Shown: positions 1-8,304 of the stretch, one piece after another
How the letters are laid out: every line of letters starts with the position of its first letter
Position numbering within the stretch: the first letter of the stretch is position 1
Source of the DNA: Candidatus Saccharimonadota bacterium
GTDB lineage: Bacteria > Patescibacteriota > Saccharimonadia > Saccharimonadales > UBA4665
Assembly (NCBI GenBank): GCA_002952755.1
Contig: CP025011.1
Span: 1,380,001-1,412,000, forward strand
Length of the DNA stretch: 32,000 nt
Reading direction: 5' to 3'
Made by a program: the position numbers and the translations under genes
The notes under the pieces: generated by a model
What the model saw: only the letters and a program-made list of their open reading frames with translations
What the model was told of the DNA's origin: nothing
The model's database searches: none

Positions 1-105
1 ATCGCAGCATCCATATACTTCGCTATCCGCTTGTTCCAACGCTACAGCAAACAGCACAGCCGCAAGGCGGTACTGTTATTACATCGTCAGACATCGGCCA
101 GTTAG
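1..105 (+). CDS. 3' end of a gene entering from the left edge (34 codons, hydrophobic stretch then basic tail); product unknown
   Basis: Frame 1 is open from base 1 to TAG at 103-105: IAASIYFAIRLFQRYSKQHSRKAVLLLHRQTSAS. It is too short to be in the ORF track. It competes with a 23-codon minus-strand micro-ORF at 23-94. Confidence 0.25.
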   Translation: MAASIYFAIRLFQRYSKQHSRKAVLLLHRQTSAS

Positions 106-118
106 GCCGCCTGTTACA

Positions 119-1210
119 TTAGGAAGCCTGTAATGCGTTTGGATGAAGGCGCAGGTACAGTTGGTGGAGGTGCGAGGCAAACGAATGCACCTCGGGCATA
201 TGTAAAAGTTGAGGTTGCTGTGCTAGCTTTGGATCTCCTGATTGCGCGGATGTATATCCCACCATGTGTGGCCTCCAACCCATATCGAGAAACAATGAGA
301 GAGCGGCGACTTTCTGGTAGACCGCATAGTCGGACCGGGTAGCAAATGCTACGTTAGACCCTTCTGGAATCATGTCACCCAGTGCATGTTCCATTGCAGC
401 ATATGTATGTGCCGTTTGAGCACGACCACGCTTGGCGTCGGCCGGCTTCGGTGCACGTATATGGTGGATTTCTCTGTCGCCTGCAGCCTGTATAACCACT
501 AACCCCCGTTCGCCTTCCGCCGCCTTAAAGCCTACATCTTTCAGTTCTCTATATTCTTCCGCAACCTCGCCGCCAAGTATCACTCGGCCAGCCGCCAATT
601 CAAGATCAAATTCAGTTTGCGCTCCTGGAGCAAATGTGTGGACGTCTTTATCCTCACCCTTATGATAGAACAGGCCACGACTGCTACTGAGTGTAAAGTG
701 CCGGGCGGCCCCCAAGGGAGAATTCGGCCTTTCCGAGTAACGGTCTCTATTGATAGGGTGTTTGCCGTCTGGAGAAAATTGAGTAATATCGTAGCCAAAT
801 GATGCTTCTATGCGTTGAAATACGCCAAATCCGGCGCAACCTAGACTACCGCTAAAGTGAGGTGTCACTCCCGGAGATAGATGCTTTGGTTTATCGAAAT
901 CGAGCATAGCATACAGCCTGTTCGCCTCGCGGGAAGTACTGCTATCAGCTTGGTCTATGCCGGGTAAGCCTGTCTTTTCTCCCCACTCTCCACTAAGCAA
1001 ATCAAGCTCCTGACGCTCCGCTCCTGCCATCATGCCACGCAAATTCATATGCCCGTTGGTCATCGTCAGGATATCGGAAAGGCGACGATCTACACTTTCT
1101 TGCGACAAGGGATCTAGGCGAAACAATGCTGCAAAACCATCCCATACCTCTAGCTCAACCTGTCTGCTGATATCAGCCGAGACGAGGTCCACTCGTTGTT
1201 CAATACTCAT
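119..1210 (-). CDS. hypothetical protein (363 aa), last gene of a 3-gene overlapping operon
   Basis: ORF track gives 119..1324. I trimmed it to the ATG at 1210 (MSIEQRVDL...), which forms an ATGA start/stop overlap with the upstream gene. No TM segment or signal peptide. No family recognised. Contains a GSLGCAGFG motif. Confidence 0.7.
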   Translation of the reverse strand: MSIEQRVDLVSADISRQVELEVWDGFAALFRLDPLSQESVDRRLSDILTMTNGHMNLRGMMAGAERQELDLLSGEWGEKTGLPGIDQADSSTSREANRLYAMLDFDKPKHLSPGVTPHFSGSLGCAGFGVFQRIEASFGYDITQFSPDGKHPINRDRYSERPNSPLGAARHFTLSSSRGLFYHKGEDKDVHTFAPGAQTEFDLELAAGRVILGGEVAEEYRELKDVGFKAAEGERGLVVIQAAGDREIHHIRAPKPADAKRGRAQTAHTYAAMEHALGDMIPEGSNVAFATRSDYAVYQKVAALSLFLDMGWRPHMVGYTSAQSGDPKLAQQPQLLHMPEVHSFASHLHQLYLRLHPNALQAS

Positions 1211-2037
1211 ATAAAATCCTTTCCCTCTACTTTTACAGCCCCATAAAAGGCATAGGGTGCTTCGAGATAGGCTGCCCACATCTGATCGCCACACGACCAG
1301 TGCCACCATTCGTTGGGGTTGCAAATAAAACCACTGTCGGCCTCAAGTAAGGCACCGCGCATGATCCAATAATAAGCACGACGGTTGCGCTGAGCGGTAA
1401 CTTCGGAAGCCAGCAGCTTAGTCTTGTGTTCGTAATAATCCAGTGCAGCAGCATCGATATTATCTATGCTGCGGGCACCCATCGGTACAAAGCTGCCGGC
1501 GACAAAGCCTTGTTCCTCACGGGCATAGCGCAGCTTGATATCGACCGCAGCCCCGGTCAAATGGGGCTCGGGCGAATCGGGACTTGGCTTTGCGATAAGA
1601 CGATTACGCCAGGCGAGAATCTCTTGTTCACTCAGATGGGGATGTCGTTTGCGTAGCGCGTCTGGAAGGAGAACATCGTGGAGTTTGGCTTGCAGTTCCG
1701 GCGAGCGCAGCCCCTCATCTACATATAGCTCAACCTTACGGCCAAAAAGCCGCTCGACTTCTACCGATCGTTGTAGCGCAAAATTAAGATCACTAAGCCG
1801 CTCTGCGATGCTTTGCCTAACGAACACGTTTTTTGATACACCGGGAAAGCCAACGTCCGACAGCCAATTCGGCCGAGAATAATAGCTTTGTCCAGGGATA
1901 CCATATAATGCCAGATCGACTACTGACTCGGAGTTACGCTCGGCTACAACTATAGGATAACCACGCCTGCCCTGGATGCGGCCGCGAGCGCCCGTTTGAT
2001 CTGGAATGGGCCTGAGTAATATCTGGTCGAAATTCAT
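1207..2037 (-). CDS. M15-family zinc D-Ala-D-Ala dipeptidase-like protein (VanX/DdpX family), 276 aa
   Basis: Carries the VanX zinc/catalytic signatures HxxGxAxD (PHLTGAAVD) and ExxH (NEWWHW). It is colinear with VanX around VPMGxR and AQRNRR. It is about 75 aa longer than VanX. The start overlaps the upstream stop (TAATG at 2035-2039). Confidence 0.8.
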   Translation of the reverse strand: MNFDQILLRPIPDQTGARGRIQGRRGYPIVVAERNSESVVDLALYGIPGQSYYSRPNWLSDVGFPGVSKNVFVRQSIAERLSDLNFALQRSVEVERLFGRKVELYVDEGLRSPELQAKLHDVLLPDALRKRHPHLSEQEILAWRNRLIAKPSPDSPEPHLTGAAVDIKLRYAREEQGFVAGSFVPMGARSIDNIDAAALDYYEHKTKLLASEVTAQRNRRAYYWIMRGALLEADSGFICNPNEWWHWSCGDQMWAAYLEAPYAFYGAVKVEGKDFI

Positions 2038-3110
2038 TACAACTGCGCTTGACGCCTACTGGCTTCAACCTGCTTTGCTATAACGCGTAGCTCTCCTGGA
2101 ACCTGGTTAATAAGCTTAGTAAGTGCTTCCTCTGCATTGGCGGGCGGTACTTCTCCCTTCATTTCAGCAATCAGATCAGCGCCAGCTGTCGGTGTTACCA
2201 TAAGGCGCCCTGTTTCAACACTTGCTCTGGAAACGGCAAGTATGCGAGAGGGGTATGTTGGAGTAGTAAAGAAGGCATTTGGCGTCTCCGCGTCGCCATA
2301 TAAGACTTTGTCTGCTTCGCTTAAAATGGTCATGGTGGCGGCAGCGTCTGGTTGATTACGATAGCCTACTTTCCCATCAGGCTTTTCGAAATTTTCCCTG
2401 TCGATTCTAAATAAAGATACTTCTTTATATGTACCGTTGGCATCTGGTATATAGCCGAGCGTTCTCAAAGCCCCTTGCTCTGTCGTAATCGCATTTCCGT
2501 TATGTATATCGTAGCCAAAGTGATGAACCTCTTCTTGCAGCCTAAAACCCGGTGCGCGCCTGGCTAGGAACTCAGCAGCACCGTACTGAGTGGGAACGAA
2601 GGTTTCGGCACTGACCGCGTCGCCTGGCTGTGCCCCATATCTTTCTTCTAAAACTCGTACCTCATCAGGCATTAACTCGACGTACGGACTGGCGCAAAAG
2701 GTAATACTCAGCGCATTTGGGTCGCTCAATGCCAAATTTTGCTCGGCATCCATCTTCCATACCATTCCACCTTCTAGCTTCGCCCGATAGGGGCCAGTCA
2801 CCATCATGCCGGTCGGCAAAACATTCTCTTTGCGTCCAATGCCCATCTGCTGGGCAACAGGCTTTAAAGCCTCCAACTGAGCTGACGGCATAGGCTCCTT
2901 GGCGTGAGATCTAACTTCGGTTGGGGACGGAAAAATAGTGATGACACGCTCTGTGATGCTCACGTCTATCTCCGTAGCATTCCCAGTCGCTGCAATTAAT
3001 GCCTGTTCTAAATGATACCTAGCCGTAGCGGCTGTAAGCTCTGCCATGGCTTGTATCCGTTCCTGGTTTACAGGATGTTGACTAGAAACTGATCTCTCTA
3101 CTGGCGGCAT
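2037..3110 (-). CDS. hypothetical protein (357 aa), first gene of the operon
   Basis: Long ORF with AAAGGAGAG about 12 nt upstream of the ATG at 3110. No TM segment or signal peptide. No recognisable motif. Confidence 0.7.
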   Translation of the reverse strand: MPPVERSVSSQHPVNQERIQAMAELTAATARYHLEQALIAATGNATEIDVSITERVITIFPSPTEVRSHAKEPMPSAQLEALKPVAQQMGIGRKENVLPTGMMVTGPYRAKLEGGMVWKMDAEQNLALSDPNALSITFCASPYVELMPDEVRVLEERYGAQPGDAVSAETFVPTQYGAAEFLARRAPGFRLQEEVHHFGYDIHNGNAITTEQGALRTLGYIPDANGTYKEVSLFRIDRENFEKPDGKVGYRNQPDAAATMTILSEADKVLYGDAETPNAFFTTPTYPSRILAVSRASVETGRLMVTPTAGADLIAEMKGEVPPANAEEALTKLINQVPGELRVIAKQVEASRRQAQL

Positions 3111-3232
3111 AGTTAAAAGACTCTCCTTTAGATAACCCCCATCCTATGTAGCAGACCACTAAATTGCAACATCCACATAGCAACGTGTGATATCGGTTTT
3201 CACGGTTGTGTAATTATGCTACCCTCATACCT

Positions 3233-4030
3233 ATGATAGACGTCCATCTACTTGAAGACATTGGGCTTACAGAACCGCAAGCCGCAGCATACGCGACGTT
3301 GGTGCGCCTAGGTAAAAGCAGCGCGCCTACTGTAAGCAAGGAGATCGGCGAGAGCCGATCAAACGCTTATAAAGTACTCGATAGATTGTGCGCTCTTGGT
3401 CTGGCCACAAAAAGCCAGCACAGAGCACGCATCCTGTACTACCCTGCTAGCCCTGCAGCTTTGGAGAGGCTGGTCCAGCAACGTTTGAATGCCGTTAAGC
3501 TTCAGGAACGCAAGTTAGATGCTGAGATGCCTGAGATGCTCGACTTCTTTTTTGCCCACACCGAGCAGCCAGGCATTCGCTTTTACCAAGGCAAAGAAGG
3601 TTTAAAGCAGATCTACAGCGACATACTGGCGACAACCAAAACACTCTACCTGCTGCGATCTCCGGAAGACGTACGCTTCTTCGGTGAATCTTTTTTTGCC
3701 GAATTACGTAAAAAGAGGGCACTGTTGGGCATTCAAACAATCGCCATAACGCCCGATGTCCCGAGCGCTAATCATGATCCTGCAATTGACCAGCAAAATA
3801 AAATGCTTCGAACCTGGATTCCGGCCGATGCCTACACTGCCCGCGTTGAATGGAATATAGCCGGCGACAAGGTAGCGCTCATATCATATGGGAAAGAGGC
3901 GATTGGGGTCGTCATCGAGAGCAAACAAATTGCCGAAAGCTTCCGTCAGGCATTTATGCTCATGCAGCGTGCTGGCGAGTCGGCGAAGACTGGATTAATA
4001 GAGGTTGCCCATCCCTTGCATCGCCAATAG
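3233..4030 (+). CDS. TrmB-family winged-helix transcriptional regulator
   Basis: N-terminus LTEPQAAAYATLVRLGKSSAPTVSKEIGESRSNAYKVLDRLCALGLA matches the TrmB HTH pattern (GLTxxEAxVYxxLLxxGxxTAxEIAxxxGVPRxxVYxVLxxLxxKGL). Length is about 265 aa. I prefer the ATG at 3233 over the TTG at 3206 used by the ORF track. Confidence 0.7.
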   Translation: MIDVHLLEDIGLTEPQAAAYATLVRLGKSSAPTVSKEIGESRSNAYKVLDRLCALGLATKSQHRARILYYPASPAALERLVQQRLNAVKLQERKLDAEMPEMLDFFFAHTEQPGIRFYQGKEGLKQIYSDILATTKTLYLLRSPEDVRFFGESFFAELRKKRALLGIQTIAITPDVPSANHDPAIDQQNKMLRTWIPADAYTARVEWNIAGDKVALISYGKEAIGVVIESKQIAESFRQAFMLMQRAGESAKTGLIEVAHPLHRQ

Positions 4031-5573
4031 ATTGCCATAGAGCAACTTGGCTTAGCACGCTGGCTGAGAATATCGCGGGGTCGCCATATGCGGCATTAAG
4101 GGCGCGTACGTGGTTCATGGTTGGGTGCTCGCCTTTGCGCGCAGCCCTGAGCCAGTTACCGTATGCCAGTAACCTGCCTACTCTCACTTCTACATCATTG
4201 TCTACATCTTTGGGGTTCATGAAAGGGTTGCGCTGCAGTGCGCCGACATCGAGAGCCGTACCAAACCGATCGAGATCCACCCGAAACGTGAGCGTGTCGG
4301 GAGTCTGCTTGGCATTCTCTAGACAAATTGGCCCATCCGGCTGGAGTTTTACGCGCCAACGACTGGTCGCATCGCCTGCAAATTCGTACGTTGGATCAAA
4401 GGTATTGCCGCCAGTGGCCCGGGCGTGATATGCCACAACCGGCACCGGCTGATTGTCAGGGTCCCAAAAAGTAAACTGACTATACGTATCTGTTGAACGG
4501 GTGTGCTCTATTTTGGTCGTGGGACTATGTATTGTCCGGGCGAGCGTTTCCATAGCTTGGGCCAGCATGTTCAGGACAGACACCGGGTCATTTTCTTGCA
4601 TTGGTATCGGCGGGCCATCCGGCCATCGAAACGTAGCATTAATGGAATGATCGTTGCGAGCAAATGATTCCAGCGCAAACAGCGAGTTAGCTATAAGGCC
4701 GCGCACTCCTTTATTAATAACTTCCTGGTCTATCGTAGGGAATGCAGACGCCAGTCCCGGAACAGCCTCGTATAAACGGTTGAGCACCTTTGCGTATTCG
4801 CTTCTCTCTTCTTCTGGCAACCCATACAAAAAATCGATGGGGTCGTCATGCTCAAAACCGCCAGCGCGGGTGAGGCGGGAGACACGAGCGAAAGCGGTAA
4901 TAGGGTTACTGGGATCGGCCAGGGCAGACTGGTAGGCCTCTCCCCGGAAATCTAAAGCTATGTCCAAAGCATCAGTGAGCACTTTCGGCGAGATAAATGG
5001 CGCATTTGGCCCGACTTCTCCTATAAGTTTGTCGAGAAGCATACCAACTGCAACTGGCACATCATCGGGCTCATTGAGCGGGTCAGGGTAGTCGTGGTGG
5101 TCGGGGAAAAGCAAATCCCGATGCACACCCTCCTTGCGCGCTAGGTAGCCGAATAAGCCATGGTATGCTCGGGTATAGGTGCCCGGAGCCATGTCGAGCC
5201 ATCCAAACCCGGCGGCGATTCCTCCATGTGTTGCGTACTCAGGGATAGTATTTTCCACCCCTGCACGAAGCCGTGCGACATCCTCACCTATCTGCACTTT
5301 ATATCTTGAGTACGTGGCGTCTAAGGCCAACTCTATAGCCCTGGCCCTTACCAGCTGAGAGGGAGAAGAATCTGGGTCTGCGGCAAAATCAAGCATAGGA
5401 CCGATATAATTTCCAAGATTAGCAGCCCTGACCTCAGGATGAAAGCCTACATAACTCTGAGGATAGCGCTGAAGGGACAACCACTGTTCATTAGGGTCAG
5501 CCAACGTCCTGATCTGTTCGAGCGGAGGCGTATAATATGTACGCATGCCATCTTCTCTGGATTCTACACTCAT
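3960..5573 (-). CDS. hypothetical protein (537 aa)
   Basis: Long uninterrupted ORF, acidic, with no TM segment or signal peptide and no family recognised. Its 3' end overlaps the convergent TrmB gene by 71 nt. Confidence 0.7.
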   Translation of the reverse strand: MSVESREDGMRTYYTPPLEQIRTLADPNEQWLSLQRYPQSYVGFHPEVRAANLGNYIGPMLDFAADPDSSPSQLVRARAIELALDATYSRYKVQIGEDVARLRAGVENTIPEYATHGGIAAGFGWLDMAPGTYTRAYHGLFGYLARKEGVHRDLLFPDHHDYPDPLNEPDDVPVAVGMLLDKLIGEVGPNAPFISPKVLTDALDIALDFRGEAYQSALADPSNPITAFARVSRLTRAGGFEHDDPIDFLYGLPEEERSEYAKVLNRLYEAVPGLASAFPTIDQEVINKGVRGLIANSLFALESFARNDHSINATFRWPDGPPIPMQENDPVSVLNMLAQAMETLARTIHSPTTKIEHTRSTDTYSQFTFWDPDNQPVPVVAYHARATGGNTFDPTYEFAGDATSRWRVKLQPDGPICLENAKQTPDTLTFRVDLDRFGTALDVGALQRNPFMNPKDVDNDVEVRVGRLLAYGNWLRAARKGEHPTMNHVRALNAAYGDPAIFSASVLSQVALWQSIGDARDGQPLLIQSSPTRQHAA

Positions 5574-5582
5574 AAAGGGTAT

Positions 5583-5605
5583 ATTATAACATCTCTATAG
5601 AGATG
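5583..5605 (-). promoter_or_regulatory. -10 box TATAAT (5583-5588) abutted by a 16-bp perfect palindrome CATCTCTATAGAGATG (5590-5605); candidate promoter and operator of the 537-aa orphan gene
   Basis: The minus strand reads CATCTCTATAGAGATGttataatataccctttATG. The -10 lies 9 nt before the ATG at 5573 and there is no SD. Confidence 0.4.
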
Positions 5606-5627
5606 CTGCTAGTATCGTCCCGGTTGG

Positions 5628-6719
5628 TCAGGCAGTCCTGTCTTGGAGTGCTGTAGCCAAGTACCGCAAAAAGGCATCACCTTCGGCACTCCATAGATCC
5701 TTATGCGCATCCAGTGCTTGTAGTGCCTTGTGTACATAAGTGTGTGTGGTCGTACAAGCCGCATTGAGCGCGCCTGATGATTGTATAATTTCTTTGCAGC
5801 GTTTGAACTCTGTCGGACTCAAATCTTGCTTGCCTAAACAGTGAGCTAGATAACCTTGCTCATCTTTCGGCGCATGATGCAGCGTATAACTGGTGAGCAC
5901 GGTGCCCTTGCCTTCGCGGATATCGTCACCAGGCAGCTTGCCTAAGTCGTTTTCATCACCAAAAATACCCAAGATGTCATCAGTAATCTGGAACGCTTTA
6001 CCGATGTATAGGCCATAGGGCGTAATGGCGTCGGTAGCCCGGCAGCCTGCGCCGGCCAGAACCATGCCAACGTGCAATGGATTAGTAATGCTATACAGCG
6101 CCGTTTTCCACTCCAGCACGCGATCGATATCGGCTTCGCTCGGATTGTTGCGCAGCTCGTTCATGATATCGAGCGCCTGGCCGTGAGCAGTAATGGTCAT
6201 CGTGCGATTTACTATACTTACTACATTGAGACGAAGTTGTGGATCGGCATCGATATTTGCCAAGATCATCTGTGCAGCATGCGCACCGGCCAGAGCAGCA
6301 TTGAGTGCTAAACTTATGCCGGCATGTGCCGCGTCACCTTTTAAGTGATGCTTCTGATGATATGTCGCCAACAATTCGTGCGCGCTTGGTCGACCACGCC
6401 GCAATGTAGAGCGGTCTTGGATATCATCAACTATGAGCATGTAGGCATGCAGCATTTCGATGGCGCGCGCAACCTGTACAATCATCTCCTGGTTGCTGCC
6501 GCCACACATTTCGTAGCCGACCATCACAAGCGCACCGCGGATGCGTTTGCCGCCGCGGGCCAGGATATCCAAAAAAATATCCGTATCAGTGTCCAAAACA
6601 ATCTGCCCATACTGCTCAAGCGTGGTTTCACGAACTTGATCGGCATAACTAGCGATATCGTCATCAATTGCTCGCTTGTAAGCCAGTAGCTTGGCCTGGG
6701 ACACGTCTGTATTGCTCAT
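5628..6719 (-). CDS. polyprenyl diphosphate synthase (trans-isoprenyl diphosphate synthase, FPP/GGPP synthase family)
   Basis: First Asp-rich motif LIVDDIQDRSTLRRGRP and second Asp-rich motif FQITDDILG. Length is 363 aa. Confidence 0.85.
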   Translation of the reverse strand: MSNTDVSQAKLLAYKRAIDDDIASYADQVRETTLEQYGQIVLDTDTDIFLDILARGGKRIRGALVMVGYEMCGGSNQEMIVQVARAIEMLHAYMLIVDDIQDRSTLRRGRPSAHELLATYHQKHHLKGDAAHAGISLALNAALAGAHAAQMILANIDADPQLRLNVVSIVNRTMTITAHGQALDIMNELRNNPSEADIDRVLEWKTALYSITNPLHVGMVLAGAGCRATDAITPYGLYIGKAFQITDDILGIFGDENDLGKLPGDDIREGKGTVLTSYTLHHAPKDEQGYLAHCLGKQDLSPTEFKRCKEIIQSSGALNAACTTTHTYVHKALQALDAHKDLWSAEGDAFLRYLATALQDRTA

Positions 6720-6766
6720 CTAGAAGACAGTATACCGTAAGTAAGCCATGAGCTTCTACGTGTCTG

Positions 6767-7375
6767 CTATGCTACATGCGAGGCGCTAAGCCCGAGCGTC
6801 TGCTCGACCTGGATGCCAAGTGCCTGCACATCGTCGCTATCATTCATAATTTGCTCATCGCAGCGGTCTTTGACGGCACTCATATTAAGGGTGGCTTCGT
6901 CGCCTGAGGCATGCATTTCTGCCTGCTCCTCGTCCAAAAACTGCTCATAGGTTTTGTCGTCTTCTCCGCCCCGGCCGCGAGTTGCAGCATTGGCCTGGAT
7001 ACGCGCATAGCGAACATGCGGATCGGCATCGATCCATACCATAGCGCCGCCCAACTCATGCACACGATCAGCCTCGAGTGGATTACGCAAACTTGCCAGC
7101 ACTAATCCGGCGTAGGCGCCTTTCTGTTGCGCAAACTGCGTGACCGCCCGGTCGACCAGTACACCCATACCAAAACTGCGACGCCACTCGGCACTCAGCT
7201 CACGCAAGTGTTCGCGGTCGATAGGCAGCTGCCGACGTGTAAGCTCCTCGCGCAACAGATCGGTGACAGATATGAACAAGTAATCGTGCTGATCTTCCAG
7301 CAAATGGCCTACGGTATCCTTACCCGAGCCGTTTGTCCCACTCAGGCCGATCAATGTTGTTCGTTGCCACTTCAT
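6767..7375 (-). CDS. P-loop nucleotide/nucleoside kinase-like protein (dephospho-CoA kinase / dNMP kinase-like)
   Basis: Walker A motif GLSGTNGSGKDT at the N-terminus. About 200 aa, the size of small nucleotide kinases. The exact substrate cannot be inferred. Confidence 0.55.
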   Translation of the reverse strand: MKWQRTTLIGLSGTNGSGKDTVGHLLEDQHDYLFISVTDLLREELTRRQLPIDREHLRELSAEWRRSFGMGVLVDRAVTQFAQQKGAYAGLVLASLRNPLEADRVHELGGAMVWIDADPHVRYARIQANAATRGRGGEDDKTYEQFLDEEQAEMHASGDEATLNMSAVKDRCDEQIMNDSDDVQALGIQVEQTLGLSASHVA

Positions 7376-7481
7376 TCGCCCGTATTATAACGGATATTTC
7401 CTCTTTGAGTAGTCCGAATAGAAATATTATGCAATTTTGCGATATTTAGCTCGTGTCATATTGAGGCAGTCACGCGACTGG

Positions 7482-8213
7482 CTAAAAGGCGTGTTTTCCT
7501 TTTTTCACACCGGAAAACGATTGCAAAATACGCCTACCAATACTAGCACCAAGCCGTCGGTGTCGTCGCTCCGTCTTTTCGTCAGGCAAGGCGGGATTAT
7601 GTTCAGCAAATCCCACCGGCTTACTATAGACATCTCCGTTAGTGGTTGGCCTATCGACCACCTGTACGTGGCGGCGGCGGAATGCACGATGTTTACCTTT
7701 CAACGACACAGTGTCTTGGCTTACCCCTACTTCCGGCATAGGATCTGATTTCACCAAAGGTTCTTGCTCGCCTACTGCTGACAACGAGAGCACCCCTACC
7801 CCTTTTGCGACAACAAGATCCACGTCGTCCTGGGGATATTCCGGTTCTCGTAAATCTATCACCCCCCGGCCAAGTATGCCCGTTACAAGCTCCCACGCCG
7901 AATCAGATTGCTTCGCTACATTAGTTAAAACATCCAAGCAAAGGGATCGTTGTGCTGCGCTTAAAGATGGGGGTTCATAACCTTTGGCATTACGAGGATC
8001 CGCATAATGATCAAGATGATAATCGTATATGCTACGCAAAGTGCCAATCGTTTCGGTCGCTAGAGCGCTCCCGTCGTTATATTTTTCCATAATTCCACAG
8101 ACTAGCGAAGAGTCCGTATAGGGTGTCAAGTCAGGCGCGCTTCGTGTCTCGCTTATGTGGTCTATAAAAACGGGCCTTCCAAGTCTTATATCTGGCGCAG
8201 TCGTTCCACTCAT
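7482..8213 (-). CDS. hypothetical protein (243 aa) with a strongly basic C-terminal tail
   Basis: ORF with its own sigma70-like promoter (see 8238-8283). No family recognised. The C-terminus is RRHRRLGASIGRRILQSFSGVKKGKHAF. Confidence 0.6.
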   Translation of the reverse strand: MSGTTAPDIRLGRPVFIDHISETRSAPDLTPYTDSSLVCGIMEKYNDGSALATETIGTLRSIYDYHLDHYADPRNAKGYEPPSLSAAQRSLCLDVLTNVAKQSDSAWELVTGILGRGVIDLREPEYPQDDVDLVVAKGVGVLSLSAVGEQEPLVKSDPMPEVGVSQDTVSLKGKHRAFRRRHVQVVDRPTTNGDVYSKPVGFAEHNPALPDEKTERRHRRLGASIGRRILQSFSGVKKGKHAF

Positions 8214-8237
8214 AATATTCTCAGAATTAAAAGCTAT

Positions 8238-8283
8238 ATTATAAAATAAATAATATTACCTATCAATGTGAGATATCTCACAT
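8238..8283 (-). promoter_or_regulatory. sigma70-type promoter (-35 TTGATA 8261-8266, 17-nt spacer, -10 TATAAT 8238-8243) with an 18-bp perfect palindrome ATGTGAGATATCTCACAT (8266-8283) overlapping the -35
   Basis: Read directly on the minus strand upstream of the ATG at 8213. The palindrome could also be the terminator hairpin of the upstream M50-like gene, because U-rich sequence follows it on the minus strand. Confidence 0.4.
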
Positions 8284-8304
8284 CAATATACGGTCGTCGA
8301 TGCA

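Noticed and set aside
3850-4428. A 192-aa plus-strand ORF spans the trmB 3' end and runs antisense into the 537-aa gene.
   Set aside because: It is out of frame with and overlaps two better-supported genes. It has an Arg/Ser-rich antisense-type composition.
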